Shown here: positions 47,519-56,468 of the stretch, piece after piece
Layout of the letters: each line of letters begins with the position of its first letter
How positions within the stretch are numbered: position 1 is the stretch's first letter
IMG/VR virus record: IMGVR_UViG_3300050134_000033
Direction: 5' to 3' (one strand)
DNA: 64,000 nt
From: an uncultured virus (IMG/VR IMGVR_UViG_3300050134_000033)
Lineage: Duplodnaviria > Heunggongvirae > Uroviricota > Caudoviricetes
Program-made: the position numbers and the translations under genes
Notes under the pieces: model-generated
The model's database searches: none
The model's input: only the letters and a program-made list of their open reading frames with translations
What the model was told of the DNA's origin: nothing

Positions 47519-47977
47519 TTAAATCCGTGCAACAGAATTCCTGTTGCCACAAGGTATTCTATACCGTGAAACAGCGTCGAGCATCTGTTCGTGCGTCAAG
47601 ATGTTCGACTTGAACTGGTTATGGTTATTGCAACAAGACTGACTGTTTTCCAGCGTGTAGCCCAGCGTGTTGTCCCTGCGATCTACACCCGGCCTAATGG
47701 TCAAATCCGCCGTTATCGCATACACACACGGTTGTGTGACGATGCGTTCGTATTGCTCCAGCGTCAACGCAAATTCCATTCCCCGCCGCTTGGCACTTCC
47801 CCGTGCAAAAGCGTACCGCGATTTCGTGCTCGGAAACTTATTCAACGCACGATTATAGGCTCGGTTACAGTCCAAGCACCGCCGCGAATCCGTTACCGTC
47901 CCTTGCGAGCCCGGATGAACTGGACAAGGCCGCAAGTGCCGCTTTGGAAAATCTAGTCCCTTAAACGACCGACGCAT
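47519..47977 (-). CDS. HNH-like endonuclease
   Basis: GVDRRDNTLGYTLENSQSCC..N..K. Confidence 0.78.
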   Translation of the reverse strand: MRRSFKGLDFPKRHLRPCPVHPGSQGTVTDSRRCLDCNRAYNRALNKFPSTKSRYAFARGSAKRRGMEFALTLEQYERIVTQPCVYAITADLTIRPGVDRRDNTLGYTLENSQSCCNNHNQFKSNILTHEQMLDAVSRYRIPCGNRNSVARI

Positions 47978-48007
47978 GTACTAAATAATACCACGCTTAC
48001 GGGGAAT

Positions 48008-48940
48008 TTAGGAAGCCCCTACCGCCGTTCCGTCTTCGAGTTTCCAGCCTTCCTCCTGTATCGATTGGAGATCGAAATTGAAAGCCGCAAGCATGTCGGC
48101 CTCAGTCCCGGTCCTCACAACGACCATGTTCTCTAGATCAAAGTATCGCTTTTCGTTGATGTGGACGCGGAATCGAAATTCTCCTGTTGGCGGTTGATCT
48201 ACGACAACGTATCGCCACTTTGCCCCCTTCGATAAAAACGCAGCCCTTACCAGCTTGACGGGAGGCACGGGGTTCTTTGCTTGCTCGCGGGCGATTTCCT
48301 GCCACTCTTCAACGGAACGGTGCAGGTTAATGATAGCCTGTTTGATGTCGGTCAGCTTCCGACCATCTCGGAAGAGCCCCTCGATGTGATTCAGGTACTC
48401 AACGTATTTCTGCCAGTGCTCCACATGCTTCTTGATCTGCGGCTGCCACTCTTCGGGCTTAGCCCGAACGATGCCGATTGTCGTCAACATCGTCGAGAAC
48501 GAGTTGTGGGCGTTTTGATTCAGGGTGCCCATTGCGGTGAACGTCTTACCACTCAGGTCAATCTGCTCTTTGTAGAGAATCCCCTTCCCCCCGAAGATTG
48601 CGTCGTTCACGGCTTTCCACATCGCCCCGAAGCCGTTAGGCATGTCTCCCGAGAAAATGTGCGGGAGATGGTCGGGAGGCGCGACAAACAGCGCGTATAG
48701 TGCTCTAATGTAAAGCTCTTCAGGGTCACGCCAACGGGTCAGATAAGCGAAAATTCGCCCCTTGTTCACGTCATCGATTACTGACTGGATAAGCTCGACG
48801 ATACACCTTTTAGTCCAGTTAAGAATCTCGGCTGGGCTTTGGCGGACGCAAGCCTGCACCGTCAAGTTATCTGTGTGAGGAGTCTTCGTCCCACAACGCG
48901 GGACAGGACAATGTGGATTGATTTCTTTCTTTTTGCTCAT
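48008..48940 (-). CDS. hypothetical protein, tandem paralog A
   Basis: Aligns end to end with 49057-49977. Confidence 0.8.
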   Translation of the reverse strand: MSKKKEINPHCPVPRCGTKTPHTDNLTVQACVRQSPAEILNWTKRCIVELIQSVIDDVNKGRIFAYLTRWRDPEELYIRALYALFVAPPDHLPHIFSGDMPNGFGAMWKAVNDAIFGGKGILYKEQIDLSGKTFTAMGTLNQNAHNSFSTMLTTIGIVRAKPEEWQPQIKKHVEHWQKYVEYLNHIEGLFRDGRKLTDIKQAIINLHRSVEEWQEIAREQAKNPVPPVKLVRAAFLSKGAKWRYVVVDQPPTGEFRFRVHINEKRYFDLENMVVVRTGTEADMLAAFNFDLQSIQEEGWKLEDGTAVGAS

Positions 48941-49056
48941 TTTCTCTCTCCTGAAAAATGCAAAAGCTTAATCGAAGCGTTATCACTCCGTTCCACGCTG
49001 CTTCGGCTTCGTTCATCGGGTGCGTGCTCATGGGAGCGCCCGACCTTAAGCTTAAA

Positions 49057-49977
49057 TTACGATCCCTCGACCGCCCAGCCCTCTTTCACGGCTGACTGAA
49101 TGTCAAAATCGAGAGCCGCCAACATATCGGCCTCAGGTCCCCTCCGTAGGACAGCCATGTTCTTCTCGTCAGAACAGCGGTTTTTGCTGATGTGAACGCG
49201 GAATCGAACTTCCTCGCCTGACGGCTGATCCACGAAGAGAGCACGCCAGTGTTCACCCTTCGACAAGAACACTGTCTTCAAGAGCTTAACTGGGGGAGGA
49301 CCAGCTTTCACTGGCTTACCGGCTTGCTCAATCCAGTAACTCTTAGGACGACTCATCGAGATGAGCGCCGACAAGACAGTTGCCTTGTCTCGCTCATCGT
49401 GAAACAGGTTCGCCAAGTGGTTTAGAAATGTGCAGTAGATCGAAAAGTGCTGCTCATAACGACCACTTTTGTACACCTCAAGATACTCCGGATTACGCAC
49501 CAAACCAATCACCAGCAACAACGCCGAAAACGACACGTGCGCCCCCTGATGCAGTGTCTCCATTGGAGTAAACTCTCCTTGAGTCAGCCCCGGTTGCACT
49601 GTGTCCAGCGTTCCGCGACCTTCAAAGATTACCTCGTTCACTTTGCGATACCGTGCTGTGAGACCGTTAGGCTGATCATCAGACATGATGTGAGCGATCT
49701 CGTCTGGTGAGGCGATGAAAACCGTGTACAACGTGCGAATGTACAACTCCTCGATTTGGCGACTGCGCGAAAACACCGCCAGCCAACGTTCGGCGTCCAT
49801 GTCAGCACGAATAGACTTACCAAGTTCTGCGATGGCGTAAAGCGTCCAGCGACACGCTTTCTCTGGGTCACCGAACTCGCGAACAAGACTTTGGATATTT
49901 GGATCGTTGAGGTGGGGCACCGTGGTTTGGCAACCCGGCACAGGACAGTTGAGATTCAACTTCTTTGATTTAGGCAT
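49057..49977 (-). CDS. hypothetical protein, tandem paralog B
   Basis: Shared CPVP.C.T..PH, EELYIR.LY, PPVKL..FLSKG, RFRVHI, EADMLAA, EGW. Confidence 0.8.
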   Translation of the reverse strand: MPKSKKLNLNCPVPGCQTTVPHLNDPNIQSLVREFGDPEKACRWTLYAIAELGKSIRADMDAERWLAVFSRSRQIEELYIRTLYTVFIASPDEIAHIMSDDQPNGLTARYRKVNEVIFEGRGTLDTVQPGLTQGEFTPMETLHQGAHVSFSALLLVIGLVRNPEYLEVYKSGRYEQHFSIYCTFLNHLANLFHDERDKATVLSALISMSRPKSYWIEQAGKPVKAGPPPVKLLKTVFLSKGEHWRALFVDQPSGEEVRFRVHISKNRCSDEKNMAVLRRGPEADMLAALDFDIQSAVKEGWAVEGS

Positions 49978-49998
49978 TTAGCCCTCCGTATTTTAAGA

Positions 49999-50055
49999 AG
50001 ATGGGTTTAACCCATCTCTTGGTTTATTGACGGACAGGCTTAACCTGTCCATCAA
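49999..50055 (-). promoter_or_regulatory. two adjacent hairpins/palindromes in the leader of 49977
   Basis: AGATGGGTT-T-AACCCATCT at 49999-50017; 12-bp stem with one G-U on the minus strand at 50027-50055. Confidence 0.6.
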
Positions 50056-50108
50056 GCTTGTAATTTTCGTAAAGCTTCTCTAAATACAATACTCGTATTC
50101 AGGAAATT

Positions 50109-50741
50109 TTAGCAACCACTTTTTCTGGCTCTCTCGTTTGTAATCTGCCTGTGGCAGGGCTTGCATAACGTCTGCCCATTAGAAACCTCAAATCGAAGCT
50201 CTGGGTATTCCGCGAACCCCTTAATGTGATCGGCTTCTAAATGCCCGCCACGTTGACCGCACTTAACGCAAGTCCAATTGTCCCGTTGAAAGACTGCCTT
50301 CCGCCAAAACTTATACTCTGAAGATGCTCGAATTCTATTCTTATCGCCTGAGATGCCACCTTTCCAGTTCCAGTGTAATTCGCCGCTCACCCCATAAGTA
50401 ATCTGGTCTGGGTGTGTCACTCGACTTAAGCCCTTATTCCAAGCGGGCGTGTTCTCGGATTTTCTGCTAGCCGAAATTGCAATCTTGGTTGCCTCGCTCA
50501 GAACCTTACCTCGGTTGGCTTCGGCAATCTTCTCTGCCCACACTATTTCCCTGCCCTGCAAGGATTCCGCTACGCTTCGACGAGGAATGCCAAATTCCTT
50601 CATTCGGTTAAGTACCGTAGCTTTATCAGCACCAACAGCCTTCGCTGTCTCAGCCAAGGATTTGTTTTGACCCCAATACAGGTCTTTTATGGTTTCGGGG
50701 AGAATATCACATTTCATTCTGTATGTCTCACGTATAGGCAC
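50109..50741 (-). CDS. HNH endonuclease with HTH/NUMOD3-like N-terminus
   Basis: VFQRDNWTCVKCG..LEADHIK...NGQTLCKPCH. Confidence 0.88.
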   Translation of the reverse strand: MPIRETYRMKCDILPETIKDLYWGQNKSLAETAKAVGADKATVLNRMKEFGIPRRSVAESLQGREIVWAEKIAEANRGKVLSEATKIAISASRKSENTPAWNKGLSRVTHPDQITYGVSGELHWNWKGGISGDKNRIRASSEYKFWRKAVFQRDNWTCVKCGQRGGHLEADHIKGFAEYPELRFEVSNGQTLCKPCHRQITNERARKSGC

Positions 50742-50794
50742 ACGGAAGTCAAAACTTAGCTAGTTGGTATTCGTAGAATTTGGTGCGGGCGGCG

Positions 50795-51196
50795 TTATTT
50801 CGTCAGTGGCTTAGGGGGAAATGCTTCTGACAAAGCTTTGGTCACCGATGTGAATGCTGGCTCACCCCACAACTGAGGATGACTATCAATGTACTGCTTC
50901 ACTACAGCGACGAGTTGATGCTGTGTGACACCGCCGATACCAGCGGAGGGGTTCCAGTGGTCAATAGTGAGGTTGTCGGCAAACCCAACAATGTACCCCT
51001 GACAAAAGCCGTTTGCAATAGTGATCTTAAGTGCTTCTTCGTGCGAAAATTTCTGATCGCTGTTATCCCAGTGCTGGCAGGACGTAGACAACTCTCCCGC
51101 CGTGATGTAAACTACGACTAAATCCTTTGATGATTGTGCCGCAGCCGACACGCACAGTACCAGAGCGATCAGGATTGTTGCGAATGTGGTTTTCAT
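50795..51196 (-). CDS. secreted Rap1a/Tai-like immunity family protein
   Basis: Signal peptide; TAGEL...C, CQGYIVG..D, VKQYIDSHP, ALSEAFP. Confidence 0.7.
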   Translation of the reverse strand: MKTTFATILIALVLCVSAAAQSSKDLVVVYITAGELSTSCQHWDNSDQKFSHEEALKITIANGFCQGYIVGFADNLTIDHWNPSAGIGGVTQHQLVAVVKQYIDSHPQLWGEPAFTSVTKALSEAFPPKPLTK

Positions 51197-51313
51197 TTGG
51201 ACTCCTCAAATTTTTATAGCCGTAAAGTCGAGCTATTTACTCCGTATTTGAACGGATACGGAGAAATACCACTTAAAAAGCTAAAAGCAACAAAACAAAC
51301 GAAATTACCCTCG

Positions 51314-51607
51314 TTAACTTCCGTATTCCTTCCGTATAGACGACTTTCTCTTGGTGGACTTGACGGGCTTCGGGCTGTACTCGCGGGGAACATTTTCCTC
51401 CCCCATGGCGACCCGAATAGCGGTACGGTAAGCTCGGCGGGCGGTCGTCAGAGACAGTTCCTCTCCTAGAACCCGTTGGAAGGTCCGCACCTGCACGTCG
51501 AGCGGCAGGCGGGTCATGACCTCGGTCAGAACCGTGTTGTAATCATCGTATGGCCTCTCCGTAAGTGCGAGAAGTTCGGAAACTAGCGGGATTTGTTTGG
51601 CTGGCAT
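51314..51607 (-). CDS. hypothetical protein
   Basis: Probable start MPAKQI. Confidence 0.5.
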   Translation of the reverse strand: MPAKQIPLVSELLALTERPYDDYNTVLTEVMTRLPLDVQVRTFQRVLGEELSLTTARRAYRTAIRVAMGEENVPREYSPKPVKSTKRKSSIRKEYGS

Positions 51608-51779
51608 TTGACCCCTTTGATCCATGTGAATTCAATATGTTCTAGTTGGAGAAAGTCGTAGAGCGTCCGCGTAACGGTCGCCTCTCCACGACGGACATGC
51701 CCCATCATGTGGTTGTACCATGGCAGTCCTGCGGCACTGATTTTCTTACCGCAGCGGCACGTTCGCTGGCTGTAAGTTC

Positions 51780-52202
51780 TCATTGGGCTCCGTACTTGGC
51801 TTGAAGCGTAGCCAACTGCTGGCGCTCGCGCTCCTCGGTGTCCCGTTTCTGCTTGGCTGCGGTTCGATTCTCGGACTCGAACTTCTGACGCTGGAAATCA
51901 TTTTCTTTGATAACGTAAAGCGCCGTAGCTTCCAGCGTTAGCTCTTTCTTGAGGGCATCCATCTCCCAAGCGATTTGATCGACATCGTTGTATTCTTCGC
52001 CGTTGAAAAGGAAAGTGATTTCGTATCCGCTCTCGCCCGTGTCAAGGTGCTTGTTGTCGAACATGAGCCCCGCGAGGAACTCTTCGATCTCTCCTCGGTC
52101 CATGGACGATTTCCATTTGAAGTCCGAGGAATAGTGGGCCATGGTACAGCCTCGACAAACGTCCGTGGAGTCTGACTTGTACGCCAAAATGGTGATTATC
52201 AC
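51780..52202 (-). CDS. hypothetical protein
   Basis: 140 aa ORF. Confidence 0.65.
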   Translation of the reverse strand: MIITILAYKSDSTDVCRGCTMAHYSSDFKWKSSMDRGEIEEFLAGLMFDNKHLDTGESGYEITFLFNGEEYNDVDQIAWEMDALKKELTLEATALYVIKENDFQRQKFESENRTAAKQKRDTEERERQQLATLQAKYGAQ

Positions 52203-53110
52203 TGGATAGCCTTCACTTTCTTGCCCGACATCCGTTCATGGTAATCGATCACCTGAGCAGGCGACATCGGAATCGGACCCCTGTCATCCGCCCATTCGCG
52301 GAGTTGATCCAGCGTGAAGTAGCCGTAGTTGACCTTGTGCTGGTCGTAGGGATTCAGCCAGAACTTGATCGAGCCGTCCTCCCAACGCTTCGGAGACAGG
52401 GCGAAATACCCCTTGCCCTTCGCTTTGAGCAGTTCACGAATCCCGCTCTTCACCACGAATTTCTCGATCTCGTGGGTTTCCTTATCGGCCTTCGCGAGCA
52501 TGTCGGCGACTTCCTTCGGCATCCGATTCGCGATGGCGATGATGAGACCCGGATTCTCAAAAGCGGGGAGGGCGTTCGAGAACGTGAAGATGATGTTTTT
52601 CTTCTGGAACTGGTCGAAAATCTCGCGAAGATATTTGATGTCGGTGGGATCAGAAGACATGCAGGCGAAATCGTCATCGCTCCACGCACAGCACAACTGG
52701 ACGGGGTTGGCCTTCATCTTGCGCTTCTCGCGGTCGAATATCTCATACGATTTGAGATCACTGTCGTCAATGAGACTTACTTCCGCCGACTTAAACCAAT
52801 AGCTTCGGTACGCGAAGCCCTGCCGCCCGTCAATCAGTTTCACCCAAACGAGGGACTTGGGCACCTTGCTGATCTTGCGTTTCTTGATACCGTAGGTGCC
52901 GACCTCGAATTTGACGCCGAAAGCCTCATACAGCTTCTTGATGCCCCACTCGTGCTCCGCACAGTAGTCGGCACCCAGATTGACGGCAAGGGTGCGGGTG
53001 GTTGGGTCGAGGTCGAGGACGGCGCTCTGCTCGCGGTTTCGTTTATCGGGGGCGAGGATCAGTCCATCGGCGGCTACATGGATAAATACGGGATTGCTGC
53101 CTCTTCGCAT
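52199..53110 (-). CDS. hypothetical protein
   Basis: 303 aa, SD GAGGAG, upstream TTGAGG-17-TAGGAT. Confidence 0.8.
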   Translation of the reverse strand: MRRGSNPVFIHVAADGLILAPDKRNREQSAVLDLDPTTRTLAVNLGADYCAEHEWGIKKLYEAFGVKFEVGTYGIKKRKISKVPKSLVWVKLIDGRQGFAYRSYWFKSAEVSLIDDSDLKSYEIFDREKRKMKANPVQLCCAWSDDDFACMSSDPTDIKYLREIFDQFQKKNIIFTFSNALPAFENPGLIIAIANRMPKEVADMLAKADKETHEIEKFVVKSGIRELLKAKGKGYFALSPKRWEDGSIKFWLNPYDQHKVNYGYFTLDQLREWADDRGPIPMSPAQVIDYHERMSGKKVKAIQ

Positions 53111-53136
53111 ATTGTCTCCTCAATATCCTACCACGA

Positions 53137-53508
53137 TTACAGGCTGTCCTCAAGTCTCAACTTGCGGTGGTCAATGCGGACGAAACCGAACTTGCGGAGC
53201 GCATTACGAACCGCAGGCACGTTCGCCTTCTTCTCTTCGGGCGTCCAACCGCCGAACAAACCCGAGCCGCTCTTCACGAAAGTCTGCTCGGTAATCAAGG
53301 TCTTGTCCCCCTTGGCGTAGCCAGCCGCATAGCAGAACTCAGCGGGGATCGGCGGTGCTGGCGGAACTTCATCCGCCGTGAAGCCCACTTTCTCCAGAGC
53401 CGCGTACATCTCGGTCGGCTCGTTGTTGGCGTCGGCCCACACTTTCAGGAACAGGGTGTTGTGCGGGTTCTGCGATTGGAATTGAATGCGAACGCTGTCT
53501 AGGTTCAT
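53137..53508 (-). CDS. hypothetical protein
   Basis: Probable start MNLDSV. Confidence 0.6.
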   Translation of the reverse strand: MNLDSVRIQFQSQNPHNTLFLKVWADANNEPTEMYAALEKVGFTADEVPPAPPIPAEFCYAAGYAKGDKTLITEQTFVKSGSGLFGGWTPEEKKANVPAVRNALRKFGFVRIDHRKLRLEDSL

Positions 53509-53510
53509 GA

Positions 53511-53747
53511 TTAGTTGTCCTTTTCCCCGAGTTGCCGCCTGCAAGTGGTGCACCCGTAGTCGGTGTCCTCGTAAGGTGGGTGGTCAGAGTTGTAGTCGAA
53601 ACAGTTGCCTCGCCCGTCAGGACCGTCGCCTGTCTTAACGGTGTTGGCATAGCGTGCCTCGGCGGTCTTCTCGCCGGGGAAGCAACGCTTGCAGAAATCG
53701 AGTGGGTCGCTGGCTGAATCGTAGATTCTCGGCATATTATTTCGCAC
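53511..53747 (-). CDS. small Zn-finger protein
   Basis: CKRC...CTTC. Confidence 0.55.
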   Translation of the reverse strand: MRNNMPRIYDSASDPLDFCKRCFPGEKTAEARYANTVKTGDGPDGRGNCFDYNSDHPPYEDTDYGCTTCRRQLGEKDN

Positions 53748-54145
53748 GCTCCCTGAGTGCCCAAACTACTTGGTTTGCTTCGTTGGCGTTGTAGCCGTAC
53801 CATTGCAACCGTTCGTGCACCTTCTCGACGCAAACAGCATCGTAAGGATGCTCGGTGATCCCCAGATCGCTCAGGCTGCGGATGATGTCCAACACCGACT
53901 CGGGGCGGAACGTCTTTCCCAGAAGAGCCGCCAGCATGATCTCGGACGGCGTGAAGATGGTTATGGTTTCGGTCGCCATTATTCCCTCCCGCAATCTGTG
54001 CAAACTATCGCCTTCGGGTCGTCCACTTGCTCCGGTCCTATGTGGTCTGGGCAAATGTCCTTGCCGCATATCTGGCAGCAATCGGTAGCCTCTTGAGAGC
54101 AGCTTCGACCGTTGCCGCCTTTGCATTCTGGGTAATCTGTTGCCA

Positions 54146-54499
54146 TTATTGCCCCTTTGAGGCGAACATCGCCTTGAGCGCCTTACCACGGCGGACTTCT
54201 TCCTTGATGTCCTTGACCGTCAGGCGATTCGCGTACTGGAAGTGCCACGCATCGTAGACGGGCAGGTGAATGAGTTGCAGCGGCTTGGACGAGAATACCA
54301 CGTACTGAGCGTAGCCGTCAGCCACGTGGAAGCGAACGATCTCGCCTGCGAGTTCACCCGAGCCATTCTTCTTGGCGTGGTCAACGACCGTCTTGATCCA
54401 CTTGTCGGTCGCGGTGGTGTACTTTTTGAAGTCGCCATCGCAATCGTGAAATTTGGGTTGAGGACCAACTTCTGCCGGAACTGAACAAATTCGTGCCAT
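54146..54499 (-). CDS. hypothetical protein
   Basis: VADGYAQY...DAW motif, 117 aa. Confidence 0.65.
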   Translation of the reverse strand: MARICSVPAEVGPQPKFHDCDGDFKKYTTATDKWIKTVVDHAKKNGSGELAGEIVRFHVADGYAQYVVFSSKPLQLIHLPVYDAWHFQYANRLTVKDIKEEVRRGKALKAMFASKGQ

Positions 54500-54514
54500 G
54501 ATATCCCCCTTGAA

Positions 54515-54868
54515 TTAGTCTCTCTGAAAATCTCGTGCTGCCCTACGGTCCCGCCAATCCTCGCGAAGCTTGGCTTCGGCTTTCACGGTCGGCCAATCTT
54601 TCTTCGGCTGAGTCGCGTGCAACTCCATGCTGTATTCGGGGTCTTTCTCGCAACACGGCTCACAAGGGTAGGTGCACACATGCCCTGCGTGCCTCGCCGC
54701 GTTCGCCAGTTCGTCATCCCCCGCCAGACGGCGGATCACGTCGGCGGCGTCGTACAGACCAAGCTTGTTGGCAGCCGCCATCGCTAGGCGAAGCTGATCG
54801 TCGGTGCCGTACTGCCGCTGAGCCTGCTGAGGAATCGCTCGAATGACATCTAAGAGGACGTTATCCAT
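54515..54868 (-). CDS. hypothetical protein
   Basis: 117 aa ORF. Confidence 0.6.
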   Translation of the reverse strand: MDNVLLDVIRAIPQQAQRQYGTDDQLRLAMAAANKLGLYDAADVIRRLAGDDELANAARHAGHVCTYPCEPCCEKDPEYSMELHATQPKKDWPTVKAEAKLREDWRDRRAARDFQRD

Positions 54869-55203
54869 TACTCGGGCCTCCCAAAACGGTGGACGGACGC
54901 CATTTCAGCTTTGATCTCACGACGCATTTCGCGGTCGCGAACGTGATCGCGGAAGGTCATCACGCGGTATTTGCCGTTGTCGAGGATGATTTTGTCGCCG
55001 CAGATGGCGTTGAGGTTGGTAACGAAGAAATCTTCTGGTGTGCCGTGAAACCATTTTCTGATTTGGCTGTAAGTCACGGGGTTCTCACGACGGCCACGGA
55101 TGCCGAGGACGAACAGGTAGATGGCGTTCTGGAGTTTTTTCGAGCCGTCAACGACGGCTGAGTAATCGACCATGCGGCTGTGATGTGCGCGTGAGCAATT
55201 CAT
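54868..55203 (-). CDS. hypothetical protein, first gene of the leftward arm, leaderless
   Basis: ATG 55203 is 6 nt after a class I promoter. Confidence 0.6.
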   Translation of the reverse strand: MNCSRAHHSRMVDYSAVVDGSKKLQNAIYLFVLGIRGRRENPVTYSQIRKWFHGTPEDFFVTNLNAICGDKIILDNGKYRVMTFRDHVRDREMRREIKAEMASVHRFGRPE

Positions 55204-55209
55204 GTCGCT

Positions 55210-55241
55210 ATTATACCAATAAAAATGGGAAAATCGATAGG
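55210..55241 (-). promoter_or_regulatory. class I promoter CCTATCGATT-N16-TATAAT at the strand switch
   Basis: Conserved motif and spacing. Confidence 0.8.
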
Positions 55242-55466
55242 TTTTTCCGGGTATTTTGAGTCTTGTTTTCAACGACTTGCAGATATGGCGGCTTCGGTCC
55301 TACCCTCGATTTTCGCAATTTTGTCCGCGAAATGAAAACCTATTTCCAGACACATAGATAGGAGTTGACCCCAACCACAAGGCAACTTCTGAGCATGAAC
55401 AGTAGTCGTAGTACGTCTGCGCCTTTGCGTCGGCGTGCGTCTGCGTTCAGCTAAACTCGGAGCAAA

Positions 55467-56456
55467 ATGGCGCATAAGTACGGGTTCCAGCTAAATACGA
55501 CTATCCACGCCGCATTCTGGATTTACAAACCAGACCGTACACTGGAGCCAACTGGACGCGAGACCATAGTCGAGGTCAACAGCCTCCAGTACATCGAATC
55601 CAATCTCCCCGTATATCTCGTCGAAGATGTAACAGGCGTCACCATCGCTGGCGGCGTGCTTACGCTCAGCGGTGGGAACAGCTTCGGTGTCCTCAAACCC
55701 GGCATGATCGTAATCCTCGACGGATTCGACAACGCCTTTTTCCTCAACGGAGAGGTTTTTAGGGTAGGAACCGTAACTCCCACCAGCGTCACCTTCACCA
55801 ATTACAAGCTTACAGCCGCCATCACTGCGTCGTCGATTGTGAACAACGTTGTGACCATCGTAGGGGACAACGCTTTCGCTACTGGCGCGACCGTGACTCT
55901 TAGCGGGATGAATGAACCGTTTCTAAACGGTCAGACCGTCACCGTACTGTCGGCTACCGATGAACAGTTCACCACAACGTCCCCCTTCAACTTTACCCTG
56001 ACGATGGTTAATGCCTCCACGGGCAGCCCGCCGTCTTCGACCGTCTACATTGGCACAATCGCGGGTGGGGCGGGGAACGCTTACGCGGGATACTATTTCA
56101 CGATTACTGGTTTTGCAAGCCCAACAAACAATGGCACTTTCTTGGCTATTGCGAGTACAGCCACAACCCTGACTCTCGTCAATGCTATGGGCGTGAACGA
56201 GACCAACACGGGGAACGCGAGCGGAAGCTACCCGAACCCAACCTACGCCTGCGAAACGTCGCCCGACACGGGCACGGCAACCCTTGTAGCCTACAGCACC
56301 ACCGAACTCCACGGCAAGATTATTGACCCCAGCACCCGTAAGGTCTGGCTATTTTACGCTGAATCGAACATCTCCCCCTCACAAGCTCCTCGAAATTTAG
56401 AGGGAGTTGGTGCGTCGAAGTTCATGCTGGATATGGAGGCCCTGTTCGAGAAGTAA
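55467..56456 (+). CDS. putative virion protein with repeated beta-rich domains
   Basis: Thr/Gly/Asn-rich; repeated ...FLNG..F/V.V... units. Confidence 0.75.
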   Translation: MAHKYGFQLNTTIHAAFWIYKPDRTLEPTGRETIVEVNSLQYIESNLPVYLVEDVTGVTIAGGVLTLSGGNSFGVLKPGMIVILDGFDNAFFLNGEVFRVGTVTPTSVTFTNYKLTAAITASSIVNNVVTIVGDNAFATGATVTLSGMNEPFLNGQTVTVLSATDEQFTTTSPFNFTLTMVNASTGSPPSSTVYIGTIAGGAGNAYAGYYFTITGFASPTNNGTFLAIASTATTLTLVNAMGVNETNTGNASGSYPNPTYACETSPDTGTATLVAYSTTELHGKIIDPSTRKVWLFYAESNISPSQAPRNLEGVGASKFMLDMEALFEK

Positions 56457-56468
56457 CGGGATGATTGA

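Noticed and set aside
2439..50741. Group I introns or inteins around the endonuclease genes
   Set aside because: Flanking genes (dut, iscU, SNF2, rnl1, cca) appear intact; no split ORFs or intein termini recognised
4014..53320. Long plus-strand ORFs (4014-5177, 36083-37243, 38359-39315, 39991-40992, 52238-53320 and others)
   Set aside because: Antisense shadows of well-supported minus-strand genes in GC-rich sequence, with no recognisable motifs
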